Origin: a virus
Lineage: Duplodnaviria > Caudoviricetes
DNA: 35,964 bases
Reading direction: 5' to 3' (one strand)
IMG/VR virus record: IMGVR_UViG_3300031228_000019
Coordinates: 1 to 35,964 of that record
The notes beneath the pieces are model-generated. The model did no database searches and was not told where the DNA came from. It saw only the letters and a program-made list of their open reading frames with translations. Position 1 is the first letter of the stretch, and the number at the start of each line of letters is the position of its first letter. A program made the position numbers and the translations under genes. Positions 8,169 to 16,118 of the stretch are shown here, one piece after another.

Positions 8169-9696
8169 CTTCTGGACCTGCCCTCATGGCGTTCGTGTCC
8201 GGCCGGAGCCGTCGCTCACCTACGGTCCCGAGGTCGCGGACATCTGTGCGGGCGCCGGTTATGCGCCGGACCCTCAGCAGGAGCTCGGCCTCGACCACAT
8301 CTTCGCGATCGAACCGGACGGGTCGCCGTCGACGTTCGAGTTCTGCGTCATCTGCAGCCGCCAGAACCTGAAGACCGGGCTGTTCCTGCAGGCCGTCATC
8401 GGCTGGGTCTATGTGCTCGACGTTCCCGAGGTGGTCTGGTCGGCGCACGAGATGTCGACGACCCGGGCCGCCCAACGCGACCTGGCCAACATCCTCCGTT
8501 CCTCGCCGGCCCTGCGGAAGCGGATGCTGCCCCAGCGCAACGAGGGCATCTACGACGCCAACGGCGAGGAGCGCATCGAGCTCCTCGACCCGGAGACCGG
8601 GATGACCCAGGTCATCTGGTTCAAGGCCAGGACCCGCGACGGCGGCCGCGGCCTGGCGAAGCCGAAGCTGGTGCTCGACGAGGCGTTCGCGTTGAAGGCC
8701 GCGATGATGGGCGCGCTGATCCCGATCATGCTGGCCCAGCAGTGGCCGCAGGTTCTGCTCGGGTCCTCGCCGGGCAAGGCCGACAGCGAGGTCCTGTTCG
8801 ACATCCGCGACCGCGGTCGCAACCATCGGTCGCCGGCCATGACGTACCTCGAGTGGAGCAACGGCATCCGCCCTGACTGCGAGGACCCGGCCTGTCTCCA
8901 CCCGAAGTCGGGGTTCGAGGTCGGCGCCCCGTGTGTGGCGAACCGGATCGAGCTGATCGAGCATGCGAACCCGACACTGGTCAGCACTGACCGGATCACG
9001 CTCGGGACCCTGGCCAACGTCCGCCAGATCCTGACGGCGGCCGAGTGGTTCCGCGAGTGCGAGGGCTACTGGGAAGAGCCCGAGAAGGTCGAGACTGTTC
9101 CCCCGATCTTCGGCGAGGGCCGGTGGGAAGCGTGCGCCGGGCAGCCTGAGGAGTGGCCGGAGAAGCCTGCGGCGCTCGGTGTCGCGGTCTCGGTCGACCG
9201 CACCTGGGCGTCGATCGCCTCCGCGTCGGTGGTCGAGGTGCTCGAGGACCCGACTGACCCGGAGGCCGAGCCGGTTGACCGGATCTTCGTCGCGGCCACT
9301 GACCGACGTGAAGGCGTCGGGTGGCTGGTCGAGGAGCTGAAGCGGATCCAGGGTGCGACTGACTGCGTGATCGTGATCGACGAGAAGGGCCCGACCAAGG
9401 CCCTGCTCCAGGACCTCGAGGACGGCGACGTCGCCGTCGAAACGGTGAACCTCGAAGAGTACGCGGAGGCGTGCTCCCGGTTCCACGACAAGGTCCGCGC
9501 CGGCAACCTGCTGCACCCCGCCAGTGCGGGGCTCGAAGCCGACGAGGTCGACGAGCTCGACGAAGCCGTGAAGGGCGCCGTGTGGCGGACGGTCGGAGAC
9601 CGCAACGTCTACGGCCGGCGCAAGTCAGTGACCGACGTGTCCATGCTCGAAGCGGCGACCCTCGCCGCCCAAGGCGCCGAGAAGTTCGGATGGTGA
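8128..9696 (+). CDS. terL: Terminase large subunit
   Basis: DPQQ motif, Walker A-like SRQNLKTG, GRG, Walker B LVLDEA, GSS coupling motif, YLEWS, ANPTL, FRECEGYW. Confidence 0.92.
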   Translation: MKTRPARRQLVEPDFWTCPHGVRVRPEPSLTYGPEVADICAGAGYAPDPQQELGLDHIFAIEPDGSPSTFEFCVICSRQNLKTGLFLQAVIGWVYVLDVPEVVWSAHEMSTTRAAQRDLANILRSSPALRKRMLPQRNEGIYDANGEERIELLDPETGMTQVIWFKARTRDGGRGLAKPKLVLDEAFALKAAMMGALIPIMLAQQWPQVLLGSSPGKADSEVLFDIRDRGRNHRSPAMTYLEWSNGIRPDCEDPACLHPKSGFEVGAPCVANRIELIEHANPTLVSTDRITLGTLANVRQILTAAEWFRECEGYWEEPEKVETVPPIFGEGRWEACAGQPEEWPEKPAALGVAVSVDRTWASIASASVVEVLEDPTDPEAEPVDRIFVAATDRREGVGWLVEELKRIQGATDCVIVIDEKGPTKALLQDLEDGDVAVETVNLEEYAEACSRFHDKVRAGNLLHPASAGLEADEVDELDEAVKGAVWRTVGDRNVYGRRKSVTDVSMLEAATLAAQGAEKFGW

Positions 9697-9706
9697 GGAG
9701 CCGCTC

Positions 9707-9907
9707 ATGACCGCTGGAATCCTGGAGATCATCGGCTGCTTCCTGGTCGTCGTCGGCGCCGGCACCATCGTGGGCGCCGCGGCCCTGATCTCGACGGCCC
9801 TCGCTGTCCTCACCGCCGGCGCCTTCCTGGTGCTCTTCGGCATCGTCATCGTCTACGTGGCGATGTCGCTCGAGGCGGCCAAGCCGAAGCCGGCACGTAG
9901 CGCATGA
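9707..9907 (+). CDS. Small two-TM membrane protein between terminase and portal
   Basis: RBS GAGGAG, hydrophobic throughout, ATGA overlap with the portal gene. Confidence 0.75.
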   Translation: MTAGILEIIGCFLVVVGAGTIVGAAALISTALAVLTAGAFLVLFGIVIVYVAMSLEAAKPKPARSA

Positions 9908-11220
9908 CCCTGTTCGGCGCCGTGCGCCAGGCGCGCAACGCAGTCGACGCCGAGAACCCGCTGATCCCGTTGACCTCCGAGTCGCTGCTGCAGTACCTCG
10001 GCGTCGAGGAGACCTACACCGGGAAGAACGTCAGCGAGGTCACCGCGCTCGGCATGAGCGCCGTGTGGCGGGCGGTCCAGGTCTCGTGCAACGTGCCGGC
10101 GTCGCTGCCGATCCACGCCTACCGCGACGAGGACGATGCCCGTGTCGCGGCTACGGGGCAGGGCGCGATCCTGCTCGACGACCCGCACCCGGACATGACG
10201 CCGTTCGAGTTCTGGCAGACGGTCTTCATGCACCGCAAGCTGTGGGGCAACGCCTATGTGCGGAAGCTGCGCAACCGGCTCGGCCAGATCGAGGAGCTCT
10301 GGACGATCCACCCGGGTCGAGTGAAGGTGGGCCGCACGTCCGACGTCGGCGCGAAGGTCTACGCGATCGACGGCGGCAAGGAAGTCCTCTCCGACAACGA
10401 GATCCTGCACCTGCCTGGCCTCGGCTACGACGGCATCTGCGGCGTCTCCCCGATCCGCGCGGCCCGCCAGTCCATCGGTCTCGGCCTGGCCGCGGAGGAG
10501 TTCGGCGCGAAGCTGTTCGGCAACGGCTCACTGGCGACCGGCATCCTGCAGACCGAGCAGCGGCTGACCCAGACCCAGGCCGACAAGCTCGCCGAGCGGT
10601 GGAACAGCAAGCACTCGGGGCTGACGTCGGCGCACGGCACGATCGTGCTCGACAAGGGCGCGCAGTTCACGCAGCTGACCATCCCGCCGGCCGACGCCCA
10701 GTTCCTCGAGTCGCGTCGCTTCCAGATCGTCGAGGTCTGCCGCTGGTTCGGCATGCCGCCGTTCCTGATGTTCGAGACCGAGAAGTCGACCAGCTGGGGC
10801 ACGGGCCTGGAGCAGCAGGCGCTCGGCTGGGTGAAGTTCGACCTCGGCCCCGACCTGGTCGCCGTCGAGCAGCGCGTCACCAAGCACGTTCTCCGGCCGC
10901 CGTCGGCGATCCGCGGCCGCCCCACCGGGCCGGTCGACTACGCGAAGTTCGGGATCGAGGGTCTGCTGCGCGGCGACTCCGCCGCACGCTCGGCCTTCTA
11001 CACGTCCATGTGGAACCTCGGCGCGCTGTCGACCAACGAGATCCGCGCCTACGAGGAGAAGCCCCCGGTCGAGGGCGGCGACGTCCGCTACCGGCCGCTG
11101 AACATGGGCGAGCTCGGCACCACTGACACCGGTAGCACTCCCGGCCCGGGGCAGCCCGTCGACATCAACGGCCAGCTCGTGCTCGCCGGCATGCCCTCTT
11201 CACTGAAGGAGACACCCTGA
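9904..11220 (+). CDS. Portal protein, HK97 family
   Basis: SAVWRAV, LWGNAY, EILHL, GVSPIRAARQSIG, DAQFLESRRFQIVEVCRWFGMPP, LLRGD, NEIRAYE. Confidence 0.95.
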   Translation: MTLFGAVRQARNAVDAENPLIPLTSESLLQYLGVEETYTGKNVSEVTALGMSAVWRAVQVSCNVPASLPIHAYRDEDDARVAATGQGAILLDDPHPDMTPFEFWQTVFMHRKLWGNAYVRKLRNRLGQIEELWTIHPGRVKVGRTSDVGAKVYAIDGGKEVLSDNEILHLPGLGYDGICGVSPIRAARQSIGLGLAAEEFGAKLFGNGSLATGILQTEQRLTQTQADKLAERWNSKHSGLTSAHGTIVLDKGAQFTQLTIPPADAQFLESRRFQIVEVCRWFGMPPFLMFETEKSTSWGTGLEQQALGWVKFDLGPDLVAVEQRVTKHVLRPPSAIRGRPTGPVDYAKFGIEGLLRGDSAARSAFYTSMWNLGALSTNEIRAYEEKPPVEGGDVRYRPLNMGELGTTDTGSTPGPGQPVDINGQLVLAGMPSSLKETP

Positions 11221-12146
11221 TGAGCGACGCCCCGACTGGTCCGACCTACCGTTTCCACGGCCGCAACCGGCCGGAGGCCGGCAAGCGCACCGCGGTGCTC
11301 AACACCGCCGACGTGGTGGGCGTCGAGGACGGTGTCGCCACCCTCCGCATCTACGACCCGATCGACTCGTGGGGAGGCGAGTGGGGAGTCTCGGCGAAGG
11401 AGTTCGCTCGCGCGGTCGACTCTCTGCCGGACGACACGAACGAGATCCGGTTGCACATCAACTCCCCGGGCGGCGAGGTCTTCGAGGGTCTGGCGATCCT
11501 CAACCAGCTGCGCAACCACCCGGCGCGCGTCGTGGCCGTCATCGACGGACTCGCCGCTTCGGCTGCCTCGTTCATCGCTTCCGGCGCCGACGAGGTCGTC
11601 ATGGGCCGCAACACCCAGCTGATGATCCATGATGCATGGGGCCTGTGCGTCGGGCCCGCGGTCGACATGCGCGACACGGCCGACCGGCTCGACAAGATCA
11701 GCAACAACATCGCGAGCGTGTACGCCGAGAAGGCGGGCGGGTCGACCGACGACTGGCGCGCCCACATGCTGGCCGAGACCTGGTATGACGCTGACGAGGC
11801 TGTCGCCGCTGGGCTCGCGGACCGGGTCGAGGGTGAGGTCGACGCTGAGGCGGCGAACCGCTTCGACCTGTCGATCTTCGCCCACGCCGGCCGCGAGGAC
11901 GCTCCTGCTCCGCCGCTGCCGGCCGACGATAACGAGCCGACCGCGGTGAAGATCACCGTCGTCGCACCGGTCGCCTCGTCGAAGGCGGAGATCGGTGCCG
12001 AGGTGAAGTCCGCGCTGGATGCCTACTACCGCTCGGCCACCGCCGTTGCAGACGCGGCCACCCCTGCAGACGCCGCGGCCGTCGCTGCCGCGATGGACCG
12101 CCGGCACCGCCTCAACGCACGCCGGCTCCCCGTCGCGCAGCGCTGA
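11220..12146 (+). CDS. ClpP-like head maturation protease with C-terminal extension
   Basis: LHINSPGGEVFEG, IDGLAASAASFIA (catalytic Ser), LMIHDAW (His), ETWYDADEAVAAGLAD. Confidence 0.93.
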   Translation: MSDAPTGPTYRFHGRNRPEAGKRTAVLNTADVVGVEDGVATLRIYDPIDSWGGEWGVSAKEFARAVDSLPDDTNEIRLHINSPGGEVFEGLAILNQLRNHPARVVAVIDGLAASAASFIASGADEVVMGRNTQLMIHDAWGLCVGPAVDMRDTADRLDKISNNIASVYAEKAGGSTDDWRAHMLAETWYDADEAVAAGLADRVEGEVDAEAANRFDLSIFAHAGREDAPAPPLPADDNEPTAVKITVVAPVASSKAEIGAEVKSALDAYYRSATAVADAATPADAAAVAAAMDRRHRLNARRLPVAQR

Positions 12147-12221
12147 CCCACCGCAACACCCCACGAACCCCCTGGCCAACCGGGCCCGGGCGAGCCCCAT
12201 GCTCACGAGAGGAAACATCAC

Positions 12222-13469
12222 ATGGCTACGACCAAGCTCCGCGAGCAGCGGGCGAACGTCTGGGAGCAGATGAAGGCCTACATCGACGAGGCCACCAAGG
12301 ACGGCGGAGCCGGCTGGACCGCCGACCTCACCGCCTCCTACGAGAAGGCCGAGGTCGACTTCGACAAGCTCGACGCCGACATCGAGCGCGAGGAGCGCTT
12401 CGAGGCCAAGGCCGAGAAGAACACCGGCGTCGACCGCACGGGCGTCGTCTCCCCGGACGAGATGCCCGAGCCGACCAACGAGGCCGAGGCGCTGTACTTC
12501 AACGCGTTCAAGAAGTACGTCGCCTTCGGCATGGCGGACCTCGACAGCGAGGAGCGGGCCTCGCTGCGCGCCAACTTCGGCGGCAAGGACATCCGCAACG
12601 CCCAGGGCATCGGCACCGGCTCCGCCGGCGGTTACCTCGTGCCCGAGGGCTTCCGCAAGCAGATCGTCGAGAAGATGAAGGCCTACGGCTCCGTTCAGTC
12701 GGTGGCCACGGTGCTGCAGACCTCGACCGGTGCCACGCTGCCGTGGCCGACCAACGACGACACCGGCAACGTCGGTGCGCTGCTGGCCGAGAACACGCAG
12801 GCCACCGAGCAGGACATCGAGCTCGGCACGGCCGACCTCGGCGCGTACAAGTACACGTCGAAGATCGTGCGGGTCTCGCTCGAGTTCCTGCAGGACGTCG
12901 ACTGGCTCGACGCCGAGGGCTTCATCTCCCGCAAGTTCGCCGAGCGGCTGGCCCGGATCCACAACCAGCACTTCACCACGGGCACCGGCACGAACCAGCC
13001 ACAGGGCATCGTGACCGGCGCGGTCTCGGGCGTGACCGCTGCCAGCGCCACGGCGATCACCGCGGACGAGTTCATCGACCTGCAGCACTCGGTCGACCCG
13101 GCCTACCGCAACGAGCGCTCGAAGTACATGCTCACCGACACCGCGCTCAAGGGCGCCCGCAAGCTCAAGACCAGCGGCTCGGGCGAGTACGTCTTCCAGC
13201 CCGCCAACGTGGCCGGCGGAACGCCCAACCAGATCGCGGGTGCCGGCTACGTCGTGAACAACGACATGGCCGTCCCGGCGACCGGCGTGAAGTCCGTGCT
13301 CTACGGCGACTTCGAGCTCGGCTTCGTGGTCCGGCTCGTCAAGGCGTTCGAGCTGATCCGGCTCAACGAGCGGTACGCGGACTTCGGCCAGGTCGGGTTC
13401 ATCGCCTTCGACCGCGCCGACTCCGTCGTCCAGGACGACAGCGCCTACCGGGCGCTCACCCAGGCCTGA
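12222..13469 (+). CDS. Major capsid protein, HK97 fold
   Basis: N-terminal coiled-coil delta domain, AGGYLVPE, GTGTNQPQGI, YGDF, GQVGF...RAD. Confidence 0.95.
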   Translation: MATTKLREQRANVWEQMKAYIDEATKDGGAGWTADLTASYEKAEVDFDKLDADIEREERFEAKAEKNTGVDRTGVVSPDEMPEPTNEAEALYFNAFKKYVAFGMADLDSEERASLRANFGGKDIRNAQGIGTGSAGGYLVPEGFRKQIVEKMKAYGSVQSVATVLQTSTGATLPWPTNDDTGNVGALLAENTQATEQDIELGTADLGAYKYTSKIVRVSLEFLQDVDWLDAEGFISRKFAERLARIHNQHFTTGTGTNQPQGIVTGAVSGVTAASATAITADEFIDLQHSVDPAYRNERSKYMLTDTALKGARKLKTSGSGEYVFQPANVAGGTPNQIAGAGYVVNNDMAVPATGVKSVLYGDFELGFVVRLVKAFELIRLNERYADFGQVGFIAFDRADSVVQDDSAYRALTQA

Positions 13470-13510
13470 GCCGACCCGGCCCAGGAACGCTCAGAGGAAG
13501 GAGGCACGAC

Positions 13511-13681
13511 ATGGCACTCAGCACCGACAGCGCCAAGAAGGCCGAGACCCCGGCCAAGCCGGTCACCGAGGAGGCGCCGGCCCACGACAGGGTCGTCGGC
13601 TACTCGTACAAGGCCGACGGCTCGGTCGACGGCATCGACCCCGAGCTGATCGGGGAAGCCGCCAGCTCCGACAAGGGCTGA
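13511..13681 (+). CDS. Small hypothetical protein after capsid (56 aa)
   Basis: Strong RBS AAGGAGG before ATG 13511 (MALSTDSAKKAETPAK...). Confidence 0.7.
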   Translation: MALSTDSAKKAETPAKPVTEEAPAHDRVVGYSYKADGSVDGIDPELIGEAASSDKG

Positions 13682-13691
13682 CCCCACCAGC

Positions 13692-13729
13692 GCTCGCCCA
13701 TCCGCGCTCAGTCCCGCGGATGGGCGAGC
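13692..13729 (+). terminator. Hairpin after capsid operon segment
   Basis: Perfect 15-bp stem GCTCGCCCATCCGCG / CGCGGATGGGCGAGC with an 8-nt loop. Confidence 0.6.
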
Positions 13730-13762
13730 ACCCCCTTGCACCAACGCCTCGAGGAGGTCGTC

Positions 13763-14104
13763 ATGGCTGTCACCGTTGAAGACCTCCGCGAAGAAGTCGG
13801 CGCCACCACTGCCGACGACGCGCTGCTGACGCGCTGCCTGACCGTCGCGGTCGAGCTCCTGACGAAGTACATCGTCGACAACATCGAGGTCGAGGCCGAC
13901 CGGCCCGGCGAGGAGCTCACCGACGAGGCGACGCTCGCAACCGGCGCCCAGCTGTTCGACCAGAGCAAGGCCCCCAACGGCTTCCTCAACCAGCAGTACG
14001 AGGGCGTCGACGGCACCGAGTCCATCCCGGTGCGGATCGGCACAGACCCGCTGCGCAGGGCCCGCGGGCTCCTCGACCTCTACGTCATCCCGGCGATCGG
14101 ATGA
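13763..14104 (+). CDS. Head-tail connector (gp6/gp15-like adaptor)
   Basis: RBS GAGGAGG; VTVEDLREEVG...LLTRCL...EATLATGAQLF...APNG...DPLRRARGLLDLY. Confidence 0.8.
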   Translation: MAVTVEDLREEVGATTADDALLTRCLTVAVELLTKYIVDNIEVEADRPGEELTDEATLATGAQLFDQSKAPNGFLNQQYEGVDGTESIPVRIGTDPLRRARGLLDLYVIPAIG

Positions 14105-14484
14105 GCAACGCGCTGACCGAGCTGCGCGAGCGACTGAAGACGGCGCTCGAAAGCGCCGACCTCAACGCGTTCCACATCGTCCCCGAGAAGGCGACACCGC
14201 CGCTGGCCTGGGCCGGGCCGAGCGACCCCTACGTCACCGGCGAGGGCGCCAGCTACGGCTGCATCCTCGTCCGCCACGAGATCACCATCGCCGCCGGCAA
14301 GGGCGTCAACGAGGTCATCGCCGCGCAGGTCGACGACATGTTGCTCAAGGTCCTCGGCCTGATCCCCGACGACTTCGCCGTCGAGGCGACCACGGTCGGC
14401 CGGGTCGAGGTCAACGGCCAGCGCTACCTCGGCGCCGTCGTCAACCTGCTCACCGAGATCCAGCTACCTGAGGAGACCCCGTGA
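14101..14484 (+). CDS. Neck protein, probable tail terminator
   Basis: Position, size and the VPEKATPP motif; ATGA coupling. Confidence 0.6.
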   Translation: MSNALTELRERLKTALESADLNAFHIVPEKATPPLAWAGPSDPYVTGEGASYGCILVRHEITIAAGKGVNEVIAAQVDDMLLKVLGLIPDDFAVEATTVGRVEVNGQRYLGAVVNLLTEIQLPEETP

Positions 14485-14870
14485 CCATCACCCTCGAAGA
14501 CGTCCGCGAGCAGCTGGCCGCGTTTGATCCGGCCGTCGTCGGCGACTGGTCAGACGAGACCATCACCGCCGTGCTGGCGGCCGAGGCGGCGGCGCAGCGC
14601 TCCGTCCTCAAGATCCCGGCCACACGGCCCGCAGCGTTGGACCAGGCACTGATGATCCGGGTGCTGCACAACCTGGCCACCACGAACGGCGTGCCGCTCG
14701 TCCGTGTTGGCGTGAAGGGCGAGGGCGTCCGCGAGCTCGAAGCGCCGTACAGCAGGCGAAGCGCCAGCGCCGAGCCCGACCCGGGCTCCACCAAGCTCCG
14801 CGGCTCGAAGCCCGCCGCGAAGAAGACGGCTGCCACCACGGCCGCCACCACCCAAGGAAGGAACAGCTGA
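14481..14870 (+). CDS. Second gp6-like head-tail connector paralogue with basic low-complexity tail
   Basis: ITLEDVREQL...WSDETITAVLAAEAAAQ...PAALDQALMIRVLHNLA...PL...VRELEAPY. RBS GAGGAG. Confidence 0.65.
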   Translation: MTITLEDVREQLAAFDPAVVGDWSDETITAVLAAEAAAQRSVLKIPATRPAALDQALMIRVLHNLATTNGVPLVRVGVKGEGVRELEAPYSRRSASAEPDPGSTKLRGSKPAAKKTAATTAATTQGRNS

Positions 14871-15289
14871 TGGCAGCCATCGGTACACGCAAGCTCAAGC
14901 TCGAGGTCGACGGCAGCGAGTACTCGCCGGAGGTCTCCAACGTCCGCATCACCTCCGGTGAGGCGGAGAGCGACTTCGTCACGTTCGAGGAGGCCGCGCA
15001 GGGAGGTGCCCGCGACTACGCCCTGGTGGTCACCCTCGTCCAGGACGCGGCCGCCGGGACCCTGTGGTCGGAGGTCTTCGACAGCGCCGGCGCCGACGTG
15101 CCGTACTCGGTGCAGCCCTACGGCAACGCCGCACCCTCGGTCGGCGAGCCGCACTTCGAGGGCACGTGCACCATCACCGAGCCCGACGGCGACCTGCTCG
15201 GCGGCGAGGCCAACAAGTCCAACACGGCGAAGATGACCATCGAGGTCACCTTCCCGTGCACGGCCAAGCCGACCAAGGTCACCGTCTGA
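14870..15289 (+). CDS. Major tail (tube) protein
   Basis: Acidic, beta-rich 139-aa protein (LVQD...LW, QPYGN...PHFEGTCTI) upstream of the chaperone and tape measure genes. Confidence 0.8.
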   Translation: MAAIGTRKLKLEVDGSEYSPEVSNVRITSGEAESDFVTFEEAAQGGARDYALVVTLVQDAAAGTLWSEVFDSAGADVPYSVQPYGNAAPSVGEPHFEGTCTITEPDGDLLGGEANKSNTAKMTIEVTFPCTAKPTKVTV

Positions 15290-15292
15290 CCC

Positions 15293-15676
15293 ATGGTCGA
15301 TCGCCTGGGCTTCCGCGTCGAGGGTCTATCGCAGGTCGTTCGCGCCCTGCAGACCCTCGGCGTGGAGGTCGAGGACCTGAAGGACGCCTTCGGCGAGATC
15401 TCCCGCGAGGGCGCGCAGCTGGCGTCCCAGTACGCCCCCCGCCGGTCCGGCCGGCTGGCGGGCGACATCCGCGGCAACCGAGCCAAGTCCAAGTCCGTCA
15501 TCACCGCCGGCCGTGGCTCAGTGCCCTACGCCGGGCCCATCAACTACGGCTGGGCCAAACGCAACATCGAGCCCTCCGGGTTCATGCAGAAGGCCGACCA
15601 GGCGCTGCAGCCCTACGCGCTGCGGCGGCTCGAGGAAAACATCAATCGCAAGATCCAACGAGAAGGACTGACCTGA
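15293..15676 (+). CDS. HK97 gp10-like tail completion protein
   Basis: RVEGLSQVVRAL, APRRSGRLAGDIR, VPYAGPINYGW, FM motifs. Confidence 0.8.
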   Translation: MVDRLGFRVEGLSQVVRALQTLGVEVEDLKDAFGEISREGAQLASQYAPRRSGRLAGDIRGNRAKSKSVITAGRGSVPYAGPINYGWAKRNIEPSGFMQKADQALQPYALRRLEENINRKIQREGLT

Positions 15677-16008
15677 TGAGCACCAGCCCCATGACCCTGA
15701 CTGAGACGGTCGAGAGCCTCAACGGTTTCGAGGAGATCGCGATCGAGACCAACTTCGGCGCCGACATCGAGACCCTGCTGGAGACCAAGGCCACCAAGGC
15801 GTACCGCGCCCTGGTCGCGGTCACCCTGGCCCGCGGTGGCGCGAACGCCAAGGAGGCGAAGAAGCAGGCGATGAGCCTCACGATCAAGGAGGCCACCAAC
15901 TACTTCGCGAAGGACGAGGAGGTCAACGAGGAGGACCCGGTCACCGACTCGGGAAAAGGCGACTCCTCGCCCGAGGGCGAGCCGACGAGCTCGCAATCTT
16001 CTGCCTGA
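15676..16008 (+). CDS. Tail assembly chaperone (G, unshifted product)
   Basis: TGATG coupling at 15674-15678. Directly upstream of the tape measure and contains GGGAAAA at 15951-15957. Confidence 0.85.
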   Translation: MSTSPMTLTETVESLNGFEEIAIETNFGADIETLLETKATKAYRALVAVTLARGGANAKEAKKQAMSLTIKEATNYFAKDEEVNEEDPVTDSGKGDSSPEGEPTSSQSSA

Positions 16009-16100
16009 TCACCCGGCAGCCGCCTGACGTCTACTACCAGCTCACGCGCCTCGAACGTGAGCGGTTCCTGAAACACGCTCCGGCCCTGCGCGGCCGCTGA
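15951..16100 (+). CDS. Tail assembly chaperone -1 frameshift extension (GT product runs 15676-16100)
   Basis: G GGA AAA is in the correct phase. The -1 frame reads RRLLARGRADELAIFCLITRQPPDVYYQLTRLERERFLKHAPALRGR* and stops 18 nt before the tape measure start. Confidence 0.85.
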   Translation, partial: GKRRLLARGRADELAIFCLITRQPPDVYYQLTRLERERFLKHAPALRGR

Positions 16101-16118
16101 CCCGGAAGGCGGTGCGCG

